DNA from: an uncultured Caulobacterales bacterium
Lineage (GTDB): Bacteria > Pseudomonadota > Alphaproteobacteria > Caulobacterales > Maricaulaceae
NCBI GenBank assembly: GCA_964568975.1
Contig: CAZMSO010000003.1
Coordinates: 85,399-109,398, forward strand
DNA: 24,000 nucleotides
Direction: 5' to 3'
The notes below the pieces were generated by a model that was not told the origin of the DNA, did no database searches, and saw only the letters and a list, made by a program, of their open reading frames with translations. Positions 1 to 7,477 of this stretch are shown in pieces (the stretch's first letter is position 1; each line of letters opens with the position of its first letter). The position numbers and the translations under genes were made by a program.

Positions 1-2
1 CC

Positions 3-191
3 GCTGACCGCCTCAAAGTGAAGGAAAGCACCATTCGCGCCTGGATTCGCCAGCACAAGCTGAGGGCGATCAAATTCGGCCGCGAATGGCGAATCGCCGT
101 GGTCGACCTTGAGCACTTCTTGAACGAAAACGCGAATGTCGCCCCGACGCGGCCGTCCGCGGAGGCCGCCCCGCCCCAACGGCGCTCATAG
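3..191 (+). CDS. Excisionase-family (HTH_17-like) helix-turn-helix DNA-binding protein, C-terminal fragment; 5' end lies outside the window
   Basis: Frame 3 is open from the window edge to TAG at 189-191. It is absent from the ORF track because there is no start codon in the window. The translation ...KVKESTIRAWIRQHKLRAIKFGREWRIAVVDLEHFLNEN... fits the pattern (T.R.WI....L.A.K.G..WRI...DLE.FL) typical of excisionase/MerR-superfamily HTH domains. Confidence 0.5.
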   Translation, partial: ADRLKVKESTIRAWIRQHKLRAIKFGREWRIAVVDLEHFLNENANVAPTRPSAEAAPPQRRS

Positions 192-270
192 CCGCAGCGC
201 CGCCCTTGCTCGCGCACCCGCGCAACCCGAACACATCCCAACTGCTGGCCCAGCGCGTGCGGCCGCGTGG

Positions 271-945
271 TTACGCCCCGCGCCGCGGTCGACGGGGATA
301 GCGCACGCGCGCCAGGCCATCGACCAGCGACGGCGCGCCCTCGCGCCACGTCCGCACGCGCGCCTTCACCTTCTCAAACCGCATCACATCCTCAATGCGA
401 GCGTCTAGAACCGTCCACGGCGTGGGGTCCTCCGGTCCGGACGCGTTGAGCCAGGCCGGCGTCACCGTCGCGAAGACGCCGCTGAGAATCACACGCTTTG
501 AATAGAAATTGCCATCCGTGGAGCGGTCGCCGATTCCACGCCACACCGTGTCCGCCGCGCGCCAACCGATGCGCGCCGCGGCCGCCGCGCCGTCCGGCAA
601 CGCCAACCGCGCCAAACCGCGCCGCGCGGCCTCACGATGCTCCTCGCCGATCGCCTCCAGCCGCGCGCGCACGCCGAACGCGACTTTCTCACGCACCCGC
701 ATCGCCGCGAGATCTGTGTCAGCGAAGCGGTCGCGCGCCGCGCGATCACACACCGCCGCCCACAGCTCCAACACCTCCACCACGCCGCCGGGAAACAGCA
801 ACGCCAGCCCCCCCGCGCCCACGCCCGCCTCCGCGCCCGCCTGCTCCAGCACCGAGCGCGACCAACCGTCAAACGGCGCGCGCGCCAGCATCGCCGTCAA
901 CACCGCGCGCCGTTCAGGATCCACCGTCACGTCCATCGCCGCCAC
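271..945 (-). CDS. COQ9-family protein (the family named 'rpsU-divergently transcribed protein')
   Basis: 224-aa ORF. GTG start at 945 has GGAGGAG 7 nt upstream on the minus strand (953-959). The C-terminal region ...NFYSKRVILSGVFATVTPAWLN....TWTVLDARIEDVMRFEKVKA resembles bacterial COQ9-like proteins. It is divergent from rpsU, which is the arrangement that gave the family its name. Overlapping + strand ORFs (136-1132) are Arg/Pro/Ala-rich artefacts. Confidence 0.72.
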   Translation of the reverse strand: MAAMDVTVDPERRAVLTAMLARAPFDGWSRSVLEQAGAEAGVGAGGLALLFPGGVVEVLELWAAVCDRAARDRFADTDLAAMRVREKVAFGVRARLEAIGEEHREAARRGLARLALPDGAAAAARIGWRAADTVWRGIGDRSTDGNFYSKRVILSGVFATVTPAWLNASGPEDPTPWTVLDARIEDVMRFEKVKARVRTWREGAPSLVDGLARVRYPRRPRRGA

Positions 946-989
946 ACCGCATCTCCTCCACCATGGCGCGCCGCCGAAACGCCGCGCGT

Positions 990-1018
990 TTGTAGACAGT
1001 TTAGGGCGTGATTGTTAT
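990..1018 (+). promoter_or_regulatory. Putative sigma70-type promoter for rpsU
   Basis: TTGTAG (990-995), 17-nt spacer, TGTTAT (1013-1018), about 60 nt upstream of the rpsU Shine-Dalgarno sequence. Called by pattern only. Confidence 0.3.
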
Positions 1019-1077
1019 CTAGCATGCCGACGCCGCATGGGGATGGCCCACCGCGGCCGCGGAAGGAGGACTTCGTC

Positions 1078-1296
1078 ATCGTTCAGATTTATGTGCGCGA
1101 CAACAATGTCGACCAAGCCATCAAGGCGCTGAAAAAAAAGATGCAGCGCGAAGGCACGTTCCGCGAAATGAAACGACGGAACCACTACGAAAAACCCTCA
1201 GAAAAACGCGCTCGTCAGAAAGCGGAGGCGATCCGTCGCGCCCGCAAGCTCGCGCGCAAACGCGCCCAGCGCGAAGGGTTGGTGACCCGGCGCTAA
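1078..1296 (+). CDS. rpsU: 30S ribosomal protein S21
   Basis: Translation (I)[66 protein letters not shown] is unmistakably S21. The stop codon ends at 1296. The start is uncertain. Homology and the strong SD GGAAGGAGGA (1061-1070) point to ATC at 1078. Canonical in-frame alternatives are ATG 1024 or TTG 1012, which add a Pro/Gly/Arg-rich extension. Confidence 0.9.
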   Translation: MVQIYVRDNNVDQAIKALKKKMQREGTFREMKRRNHYEKPSEKRARQKAEAIRRARKLARKRAQREGLVTRR

Positions 1297-1334
1297 ACCG
1301 CCGGCCCCCACCCCCGCAACCGCGGCGAGGCGCC

Positions 1335-3182
1335 CTAAGCGCGCTGGCGCTGATGGGCGTCGCCGGCGGCGGAGGTCGGTGATCCGGCCGACGCGGCGGC
1401 GCGCCGACCGTAGTGGCGCAAACGCTCCGTCAAGGCGGCGCGGTCAATCGGCTTCGTCAGCACTTCCGTCATGCCTGCGTCCTGACACTGCCGGCGCGTC
1501 TCATCAGAAGCGTCCGCCGTCAGCGCAATCACGGGAACCGCGGCGTTCGGACCACCGCCGGCGCGCAACTCACGTGTCGCACTGAGGCCGTCAAGACCGG
1601 GCATCAGCACGTCCATCAGCACGACGTCGAAACGCTGACTCTCAAGCTGGTCGAGGGCTTCGCGCCCATCCGACGCCATCTGAAGCTGCAGGCCGGGGTC
1701 GTTGAGAAACGCCGCCGCCACCCGCTGATTGACGGGATTGTCGTCGACCACCAACACGCGCATCACCGCTCCCTCGCTCGGTTCCCATGACGCCGCCGCT
1801 GAATCCGCGTGAGCCGACGCGGGCCGCGGCTGGCCCCGGCGCTCGGTCATCACGGCGCGAATGCGCGCTGTGAACACCGACCCCTCGCCCAGAACGCTCT
1901 CCACCGTCACGTCCCCACCCATCAGCCGCGCCAAACGCCGCGCAATCGCTAAGCCAAGGCCCGTGCCGCCATAGCGACGGCTTGTCGATCGGTCCGCTTG
2001 CGTGAACGCCTGGAATAAGCGCGCTTGATCCGTCGTCGAGATGCCGCACCCTGTATCGTGCACGCGAAAGGTAAGATCAGCGATGTTGTCCTTGACGACG
2101 CCGCTGCGCACTTCCAGGCGCACGCTCCCCTCTGCGGTGAACTTCACCGCGTTCGATAAGAGGTTTATAAGGATTTGCTGAAGACGAATCGGGTCACCAA
2201 CCAGAGACTCTGGCGCGGTGTGATCAGCATCAACCGTAAAGCTGAGACCTTTATCTTCCGCGACGGACCGGGATAACTGCGACACTGTTGAAATCACCGA
2301 ATTTAAGTCAAACTCGGTGTCTTCCAATTCAAGTTTTCCGGCTTCAATTTTCGAAAAATCGAGCACTTCATTGAGCAGCGCTAACAAGAGATTTCCCGAT
2401 TGCACAATCGTCTCAACATATTGCTTTTGGTCCCGGCCGAGGCGTGTGGCCTGGAGCGCTTGCGCCATGCCGAGCACGCCAGCGAGCGGCGTGCGCAACT
2501 CGTGACTGATCATCGCCAAGAAAGCTGACTTCGCTTCACTCGCGCGCTCGGCCTCCCCACCGCGGCGTTCTGCATCCTGGCGCGCGGCCATGAGCGAGCC
2601 GCTGATGCCGCTGAAATGCGCCAGCAACGCTTGCAAGTGCACGCCAAACGCCACGCACGCGATCACGAGGGCGACGAACGCCCAAGGCTCGAAACCGGTC
2701 AGGAGCGAACCCACCAGCAACCCTGAAAAAATCAACAAATGCCCAGCCAGGCCCGCAGTCATGACCGGCCGCACATAATGGGTGTGGGTCACCACATGGA
2801 TGAGCGAGCCGCAAAACCAGATGACCGCCACGGCCGTCGTGACTTGGTGGCCTTGAAACCACAAGATCGGCGGCATCAGGCCGTAGCCGGCGGTCGCGAG
2901 CGTTATGCCGGCCACCGTCACCACCCGGTCAAACCGGCTCAGGGCCTGGGCGTCGACGCGCTTGAGTAGGCGCGCGCACCACACAGCGTCAAAGGTCTGC
3001 GTGACCGCCACCAGCGCCAAATACGCCATGGCCGCTCGGGGCGCGCCGAAGCCGGCGGCGACGGCGGCGCCAAGCAGGGCGACGACCAGGCGCAGCGCCA
3101 ACGCCTTCCGGCGCGACTGCGCGAGAGCCGCATACGCACCATCGGACACATGAAAGAGAGACCGTTTGTGCGCTTGCGCCAC
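1335..3182 (-). CDS. Hybrid sensor histidine kinase/response regulator with a multi-pass membrane N-terminus, HisKA, HATPase_c and a C-terminal REC domain
   Basis: 615 aa. H-box [18 protein letters not shown]1 and G2 boxes are [16 protein letters not shown] and GGTGLGLAI. The receiver is [11 protein letters not shown]...[14 protein letters not shown]...TKP. The first ~200 aa are hydrophobic helices with no obvious periplasmic, PAS or HAMP domain. Confidence 0.92.
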   Translation of the reverse strand: MAQAHKRSLFHVSDGAYAALAQSRRKALALRLVVALLGAAVAAGFGAPRAAMAYLALVAVTQTFDAVWCARLLKRVDAQALSRFDRVVTVAGITLATAGYGLMPPILWFQGHQVTTAVAVIWFCGSLIHVVTHTHYVRPVMTAGLAGHLLIFSGLLVGSLLTGFEPWAFVALVIACVAFGVHLQALLAHFSGISGSLMAARQDAERRGGEAERASEAKSAFLAMISHELRTPLAGVLGMAQALQATRLGRDQKQYVETIVQSGNLLLALLNEVLDFSKIEAGKLELEDTEFDLNSVISTVSQLSRSVAEDKGLSFTVDADHTAPESLVGDPIRLQQILINLLSNAVKFTAEGSVRLEVRSGVVKDNIADLTFRVHDTGCGISTTDQARLFQAFTQADRSTSRRYGGTGLGLAIARRLARLMGGDVTVESVLGEGSVFTARIRAVMTERRGQPRPASAHADSAAASWEPSEGAVMRVLVVDDNPVNQRVAAAFLNDPGLQLQMASDGREALDQLESQRFDVVLMDVLMPGLDGLSATRELRAGGGPNAAVPVIALTADASDETRRQCQDAGMTEVLTKPIDRAALTERLRHYGRRAAASAGSPTSAAGDAHQRQRA

Positions 3183-3422
3183 ACCACACCCGCGAACTCA
3201 CACCAAGCGCGCAGGCTAGGCGCAAACTCTTCAAAGTGTGTTGCTTCTTGCGTACGCACGACGCTGCGCCGGGATTAAGGGGCGCGTCACACGCGGCGAC
3301 TGCTGAATCGCGAGCTGTACGGCCGCGGACGTGGCCACAGTTATGCAGCTGCGCAGCGCCGTAAGAACGACGAACCACGCCACCCCTTCAGACGCCATAA
3401 CAGCCAGGTTGGCTCAGCGGCG

Positions 3423-3881
3423 TTAGCCTTGCCTCGCCAGCTCACCGCCGGTCGCGGCCAAGACGGCGAAACCCACGCCCAAGGCGATGCACAAGGGCGC
3501 GTAGAACCACAGATCCAAGGTCCGAAACGGCTCAGTCACCTCGACGTGGAGTAGGCCGAAATCGATCGCCCATCCAACACCGCCTCGGCCAATAAAGATC
3601 AGCGCCAGGACGCCCGCGGCGATCCGCGCCAAAACATGGATGACGCCAGGGATCCATCCGCCGGCGAGCAGACCGAACACGCCGGCGAGAAAGATCAACC
3701 CCGCCACCACAAGCGTCGGGCCCAAGCCCGGCATGGCGCGCGCGTGCGGATTTCCGAGGACCGTGTTGATAAGACCTTGCTCGTCATCGGCCGGCCACAA
3801 CCCGCCGAACGCCCAATAGACGTGCACCGCGGAGATCAGCGTCAGGATCGCGAACAGTGTGATGGGCATGACTTTTAGCAT
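3423..3881 (-). CDS. DUF3995-family integral membrane protein
   Basis: 152 aa with 4 predicted TM helices. The N-terminal motif SAVHVYWAFGG resembles the DUF3995 signature (H.YWA.GG). GGAG lies 6 nt upstream of ATG 3881. It sits directly downstream of pntB on the same strand. Confidence 0.62.
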   Translation of the reverse strand: MLKVMPITLFAILTLISAVHVYWAFGGLWPADDEQGLINTVLGNPHARAMPGLGPTLVVAGLIFLAGVFGLLAGGWIPGVIHVLARIAAGVLALIFIGRGGVGWAIDFGLLHVEVTEPFRTLDLWFYAPLCIALGVGFAVLAATGGELARQG

Positions 3882-3945
3882 GAGCGCTCCACTCAGAAAA
3901 TGACCGAGTCATCCAGTGAGGAACCACACAGAGCACACAACGCAC

Positions 3946-5358
3946 TTACAGCGCTTTCACCACGTCTTCGACCATCTTCTTCGCGTCGGCGAGAAGCATC
4001 ATGGTGTTGTCGCGGAAGAAGAGCGGGTTTTGCACGCCCGCATAGCCCGAGCCCAGAGAGCGCTTGACGAAGAACACCGTGCCGGCGTTCCACACCTTCA
4101 AGACCGGCATGCCGTAAATCGGCGAGCTCGGATCATCCTCGGCCGCGGGATTCGTGACGTCATTCGCGCCGATCACAAACGCCACATCCGCTTGGCCGAA
4201 ATCCGAGTTGATGTCTTCCAACTCAAAGACTTCGTCATAAGGAACCTGGGCCTCGGCCAGCAGCACATTCATATGCCCGGGCATGCGCCCCGCGACCGGG
4301 TGGATGGCGTAAGCCACGTCCACGCCTTCGGCCTTCAGCTTGTCGCCCATTTCTTTCAGCGCGTGCTGGGCTTGGGCGACGGCCATGCCATAGCCCGGCA
4401 CAATGATGACTTTACCGGCGTTCTTCATAATGAAGGCGGCGTCATCGGCGGAGCCGCGCTTGACGGCGCCCATCTCGGCTTGGGCGGCGGCCGCGGCCGC
4501 GTCGTCGCCACCAAAACCGCCGAGAATCACTGAGATGAAGCTGCGATTCATCCCCTTGCACATGATGTAGGAGAGGATCGCCCCCGACGAGCCGACCAAC
4601 GCCCCCGTGATCAACAGCGCGGTGTTCTCCAGCGTGAAGCCGAGCGCGGCCGCCGCCCACCCTGAATAGGAGTTGAGCATGGACACCACGACCGGCATAT
4701 CCGCGCCGCCGATCGGGATAATCAGCGTCACGCCGATCACAAAGCCGAGTGCAGTGATCACCCAAAACGCTGTCGTCGCGCTCCCGCCCGACTGCACCAG
4801 CGCGACGATCCCCGCCAAAATTCCAACGCCGATGAGAATGTTCACAAGGTGCCGCGCCGGCAGCAGGATCGGCGCGCCGGACATGTTGCCATTCAGCTTT
4901 GCGAAGGCGATCACAGAACCGGAAAACGTAATCGCGCCGATCGCAGTCCCCAGCGACAGCTCAATCAGGGAGGCGGTTTTTAGATTCCCCGCCATGCCGA
5001 TGCCATAAGCCTCCGGCGTGTAGAGCGCCGCAGCCGCGACAAACACCGCCGCTAAACCCACCAGCGAATGGAAGGCGGCGACCAATTGCGGCATCTCCGT
5101 CATCGCGATGCGGTTGGCGATCACCGCCCCCACGCCGCCGCCGACCGCGACGCCGCCGAAAATCAACGCCAACGTCGTCCCGTCCAAAGCGCCTTGGCCG
5201 GCCGTGACCGCCAGCGTCACCCCCACGGCCAGCGCCATGCCGATCATGCCCAACAGATTGCCTTGTCGACTGGTCTCCGGGCTCGAGAGGCCGCGCAAGG
5301 TCAAAATGAACAAGACGCCCGCCACCAAATACAGGAGGGCCGCAAGATCGGCGTTCAT
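3946..5358 (-). CDS. pntB: NAD(P) transhydrogenase subunit beta
   Basis: The track ORF 3946-5742 carries an Arg-rich non-coding extension. The homologous start is ATG at 5358 (MNADLAALLYLVAGVLFILTLRGLSSPETSRQGN...), giving 470 aa. There are multiple TM helices followed by the C-terminal NADP(H)-binding dIII (...VIIVPGYGMAVAQAQH...GRMPGHMNVLLAEA...GANDVTNPAA...). Confidence 0.94.
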   Translation of the reverse strand: MNADLAALLYLVAGVLFILTLRGLSSPETSRQGNLLGMIGMALAVGVTLAVTAGQGALDGTTLALIFGGVAVGGGVGAVIANRIAMTEMPQLVAAFHSLVGLAAVFVAAAALYTPEAYGIGMAGNLKTASLIELSLGTAIGAITFSGSVIAFAKLNGNMSGAPILLPARHLVNILIGVGILAGIVALVQSGGSATTAFWVITALGFVIGVTLIIPIGGADMPVVVSMLNSYSGWAAAALGFTLENTALLITGALVGSSGAILSYIMCKGMNRSFISVILGGFGGDDAAAAAAQAEMGAVKRGSADDAAFIMKNAGKVIIVPGYGMAVAQAQHALKEMGDKLKAEGVDVAYAIHPVAGRMPGHMNVLLAEAQVPYDEVFELEDINSDFGQADVAFVIGANDVTNPAAEDDPSSPIYGMPVLKVWNAGTVFFVKRSLGSGYAGVQNPLFFRDNTMMLLADAKKMVEDVVKAL

Positions 5359-5664
5359 GGGATGATGCTCCAAGTCGACGCGCACTAAGGCGGAGAGCCC
5401 GCCGCGCGCGACCGTGGCAAGAACGCGTGGCGGCGTCCAGTCCTTTAGCCCGCCTGTGCGCCCCCCGGAGCTCGGCGCACACCGAACACGCAGCCCCGTC
5501 CCGCGCCCTGGTCCATGAGAGCGTCGACGCCGGGGCCCCTGCCGAGCCCGAAAGCGGGAGCACAACGTCGGCCCCAATCGCAGTCGCGGCGCGCCCGCCG
5601 CTCGCGGTGGTCGCGCAAACTTGGTAGAGTTCTCGGATGCAGCCGCTGGTTTGATGGAGGGGAC

Positions 5665-6264
5665 ATGAAACAGGCGCTCGCCACGCCGGCCGTCGCGGGC
5701 CTTGCGCTCGCCATCCTTGGGGCCGGCGCGGCCCAGGCCCAATCCGGCTTAGAATGGTACACCAAGCTCGGCGCAGGCTTTGGCGCGCCCAGCGATCCTG
5801 AAATTGTCGGCGGCGACACCGAAGACGTGAACCTCGGCGCGCGCGTGGTCGCGGGTCTTGGCGTCGAAGGGCCGCAATTGCGCCGCTTCGGCACGCGCTT
5901 TGAGCTTGAGGTCAATTTCTCCGGCAACGCGTTGGATACCGATCTGAGCTCAAGCTACAACAACACCGCCGTGCTGGTGAACGCCATCGTCGACTATCCG
6001 ATCAACCGTCGTGTCGGCACGTTCCTCGGCGGCGGGGTCGGCTTCGGCAGCACGGAGCTTGATCTTGATGACGGTCTTGTCGCCCAAGATGAAACCGACG
6101 GCATCGGCCAAGTGTTTATCGGCGGCTCCTACCGCGCCTCGAACCGCGTCACGCTCGATGCTGCGGTGCGGCGCATCAGCTATCCCAGCGTGAATGATGG
6201 CGGCATCGCCATTGAAGACGCCAACAGCACGGATCTGCTGTTCACGGTGCGCTTCAAGCCGTGA
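5665..6264 (+). CDS. Small outer-membrane beta-barrel protein (OMP_b-brl / porin-family-like), paralog 1
   Basis: ATG at 5665 is preceded by GGAGGGG. Signal peptide MKQALATPAVAGLALAILGAGAAQA. The mature sequence is Gly-rich with an alternating hydrophobic pattern and ends ...LLFTVRFKP. The 5515 start in the track is an upstream extension. Confidence 0.7.
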   Translation: MKQALATPAVAGLALAILGAGAAQAQSGLEWYTKLGAGFGAPSDPEIVGGDTEDVNLGARVVAGLGVEGPQLRRFGTRFELEVNFSGNALDTDLSSSYNNTAVLVNAIVDYPINRRVGTFLGGGVGFGSTELDLDDGLVAQDETDGIGQVFIGGSYRASNRVTLDAAVRRISYPSVNDGGIAIEDANSTDLLFTVRFKP

Positions 6265-6274
6265 GCGGTTGCGT

Positions 6275-6320
6275 CCACAAGCCTCCGCGTGCGGTCGCCG
6301 CGCGCACGCTAGGCTTGTGG
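6275..6320 (+). terminator. Strong GC-rich stem-loop between the two OMP genes (terminator or attenuator candidate, no U-tract)
   Basis: CCACAAGCCT (6275-6284) pairs perfectly with AGGCTTGTGG (6311-6320). Inner GCGTGCG (6287-6293) pairs with CGCACGC (6303-6309). That is 17 bp in total with a 9-nt loop, starting 11 nt after the OMP1 stop codon. Confidence 0.45.
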
Positions 6321-6354
6321 GCGTGGGGGGAGCGAGATCTGACGGGAGGAGCGC

Positions 6355-6903
6355 ATGGGCGCGCTGAAGACAATGACGGCGGCGGCCGCAGGGACGCTTG
6401 TCCTGGCGTGTGCGGCGCACGCACAAGTCAAGCCTTATGGCGGGATCGGCGTCGGGGCGGGGACCGTTACAAACGGCGGCGGCCAAACCGGCGCGCGCAT
6501 CACGCTCGGCGCAGGGGCGGTGTTCGGCCGCAATCGCCTTGAGCTTGAAGGAACGTCCGGCCTCGGCGGCGGCGACACGGACGAACTGGCGTCGCTGAGC
6601 GCGATCCTCGTCACCTACGCCCGCGAGTTCCAGGTCGCGCCGACGACGCGCTTTTACTTGGGCGCAGGGCTGGGCGGCGGCGCGTTCGACACCGATTTGC
6701 TCGATGACACCGACGGCGATTTCGGCGACTCCGAAAGCGCGATTGTCGGTCAAGTGGGCGCGGGCTTTGTGTTCGATCTCCCCGGCCCCATCGCCTTTGA
6801 CGTCGGCGCGCGCGTGCAAAGCTATAACGGCGTCGGAAACTCTCAAGACAATAGCAGTTTGGAGTCCGTTGACGGGCTTGTGCGGTTGATCATCGGGCGG
6901 TGA
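6355..6903 (+). CDS. Small outer-membrane beta-barrel protein, paralog 2
   Basis: GGGAGGAG lies upstream of ATG 6355. Signal peptide ...AAAAGTLVLACAAHA. It shares block layout with paralog 1 (GARITLGAGAVFGRNRLELEG vs GARVVAGLGVEG..FGTRFELEV; FYLGAGLGGGAFDTDLLDD vs FLGGGVGFGSTELDLDDG). The antisense ORF 5950-6846 is Arg/Ala-rich and is rejected. Confidence 0.65.
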   Translation: MGALKTMTAAAAGTLVLACAAHAQVKPYGGIGVGAGTVTNGGGQTGARITLGAGAVFGRNRLELEGTSGLGGGDTDELASLSAILVTYAREFQVAPTTRFYLGAGLGGGAFDTDLLDDTDGDFGDSESAIVGQVGAGFVFDLPGPIAFDVGARVQSYNGVGNSQDNSSLESVDGLVRLIIGR

Positions 6904-6927
6904 CGCCGGCGCCGTCGTGCGCCCGGC

Positions 6928-7254
6928 TCAGCGCGGCTTTTTTTTGTACATCGCAAGCATGCGGCGGGTGACGAGAAACCCGCCGAAAATGTTGACGCTC
7001 GCCAACACGACCGCGATCACCCCGAACGTCTTCGACGCCGCCACCGATCCGCCGTCGCCGCCGGTGACGGGCTGGGCCGCCGCCGCCAGCAAAGCCCCCA
7101 CCACGATCACGGACGACACAGCGTTCGTGACCGCCATTAACGGCGTGTGCAGAGCCGGCGTGACGCTCCACACCACGTAATAGCCGACAAACACCGCAAG
7201 CACGAAAATGCTGATGCGAAAAATAAACGGATCGACCGCGGCGGCGTGTTCCAT
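6928..7254 (-). CDS. pntAB: NAD(P) transhydrogenase subunit alpha, part 2 (membrane dII portion)
   Basis: 108 aa: [58 protein letters not shown]...[19 protein letters not shown]. This is the characteristic PntAB sequence ([13 protein letters not shown]). Confidence 0.9.
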   Translation of the reverse strand: MEHAAAVDPFIFRISIFVLAVFVGYYVVWSVTPALHTPLMAVTNAVSSVIVVGALLAAAAQPVTGGDGGSVAASKTFGVIAVVLASVNIFGGFLVTRRMLAMYKKKPR

Positions 7255-7407
7255 GAGGTCCTCCTGACGTTAGCGGCACTTAAGCAGCGTCACGCCCGCA
7301 CGCCAAGGGGCGCCGCGCGCCCGCGCCAGCGCCGTGCGTGGCGTGGGCGACTGGCATTGCGGCGCGGAAGTGATATCTACGGCCTGACCGCCGTGGCCGG
7401 TCGCGAG

Positions 7408-7428
7408 GCTTTGGCGGCGCTTTGGCGG
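7408..7428 (+). promoter_or_regulatory. Tandem direct repeat GCTTTGGCGG-c-GCTTTGGCGG (11-bp phase) in the pntAB/RND divergent intergenic region
   Basis: Exact 10-mer at 7408-7417 and 7419-7428, about 50 bp upstream of the adaptor start codon (7478). Candidate operator. No experimental or motif-database support. Confidence 0.3.
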
Positions 7429-7477
7429 GGCTCCGGCGCACCAGCCGCTCAGCCATGTGGCGTGTAAGGGGATCTCA

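Noticed and set aside
1132-1139. Homopolymer runs (A8 in rpsU at about 1132-1139, T8 at 6941-6948 in pntAB) as possible slippage or phase-variation sites or a terminator U-tract
   Set aside because: Both encode conserved Lys-Lys-Lys motifs of the respective proteins (KALKKKM in S21, MYKKKPR in PntAB). The reading frames are intact and there is no evidence of variation.
2040-2440. Local GC drop (~40-45% over some 60-nt stretches) inside the histidine kinase core, initially suspected to be a recombined or foreign segment
   Set aside because: The segment encodes an Ile/Leu/Asn/Lys/Glu/Phe/Ser-rich part of the DHp/CA domains. The genome tolerates A/T-ending codons generally: TTA, ATT, TAT, GAA and CAA also occur in the RND, yibQ-like and ctpA genes. 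A comparable patch exists in the RND permease (about 9700-9830). Without a codon-usage calculation there is no basis for calling this a mosaic.
5359-5742. N-terminal extension of the pntB ORF (track start 5742); similar extensions occur for 8550-8729, 5515-5664, 23193-23351 and 13757-13810
   Set aside because: Homology to the respective families begins at the internal Met, each of which has an SD. The extensions are Arg/Pro/Gly-rich and overlap neighbouring genes or promoters.
5950-6846. 298-aa minus-strand ORF across both OMP genes
   Set aside because: The + strand products have signal peptides, SDs and beta-barrel-like patterning. The minus-strand translation is Arg/Ala-rich with no start context. 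It may still be transcribed as antisense RNA if pntAB reads through (see the pnt operon finding), but not as protein.
7354-7365. TGGCATTGC resembling a sigma54 -24/-12 element upstream of the RND operon
   Set aside because: The spacing between the GG and GC dinucleotides is ~6 nt rather than the required 10, so it is not a sigma54 promoter.
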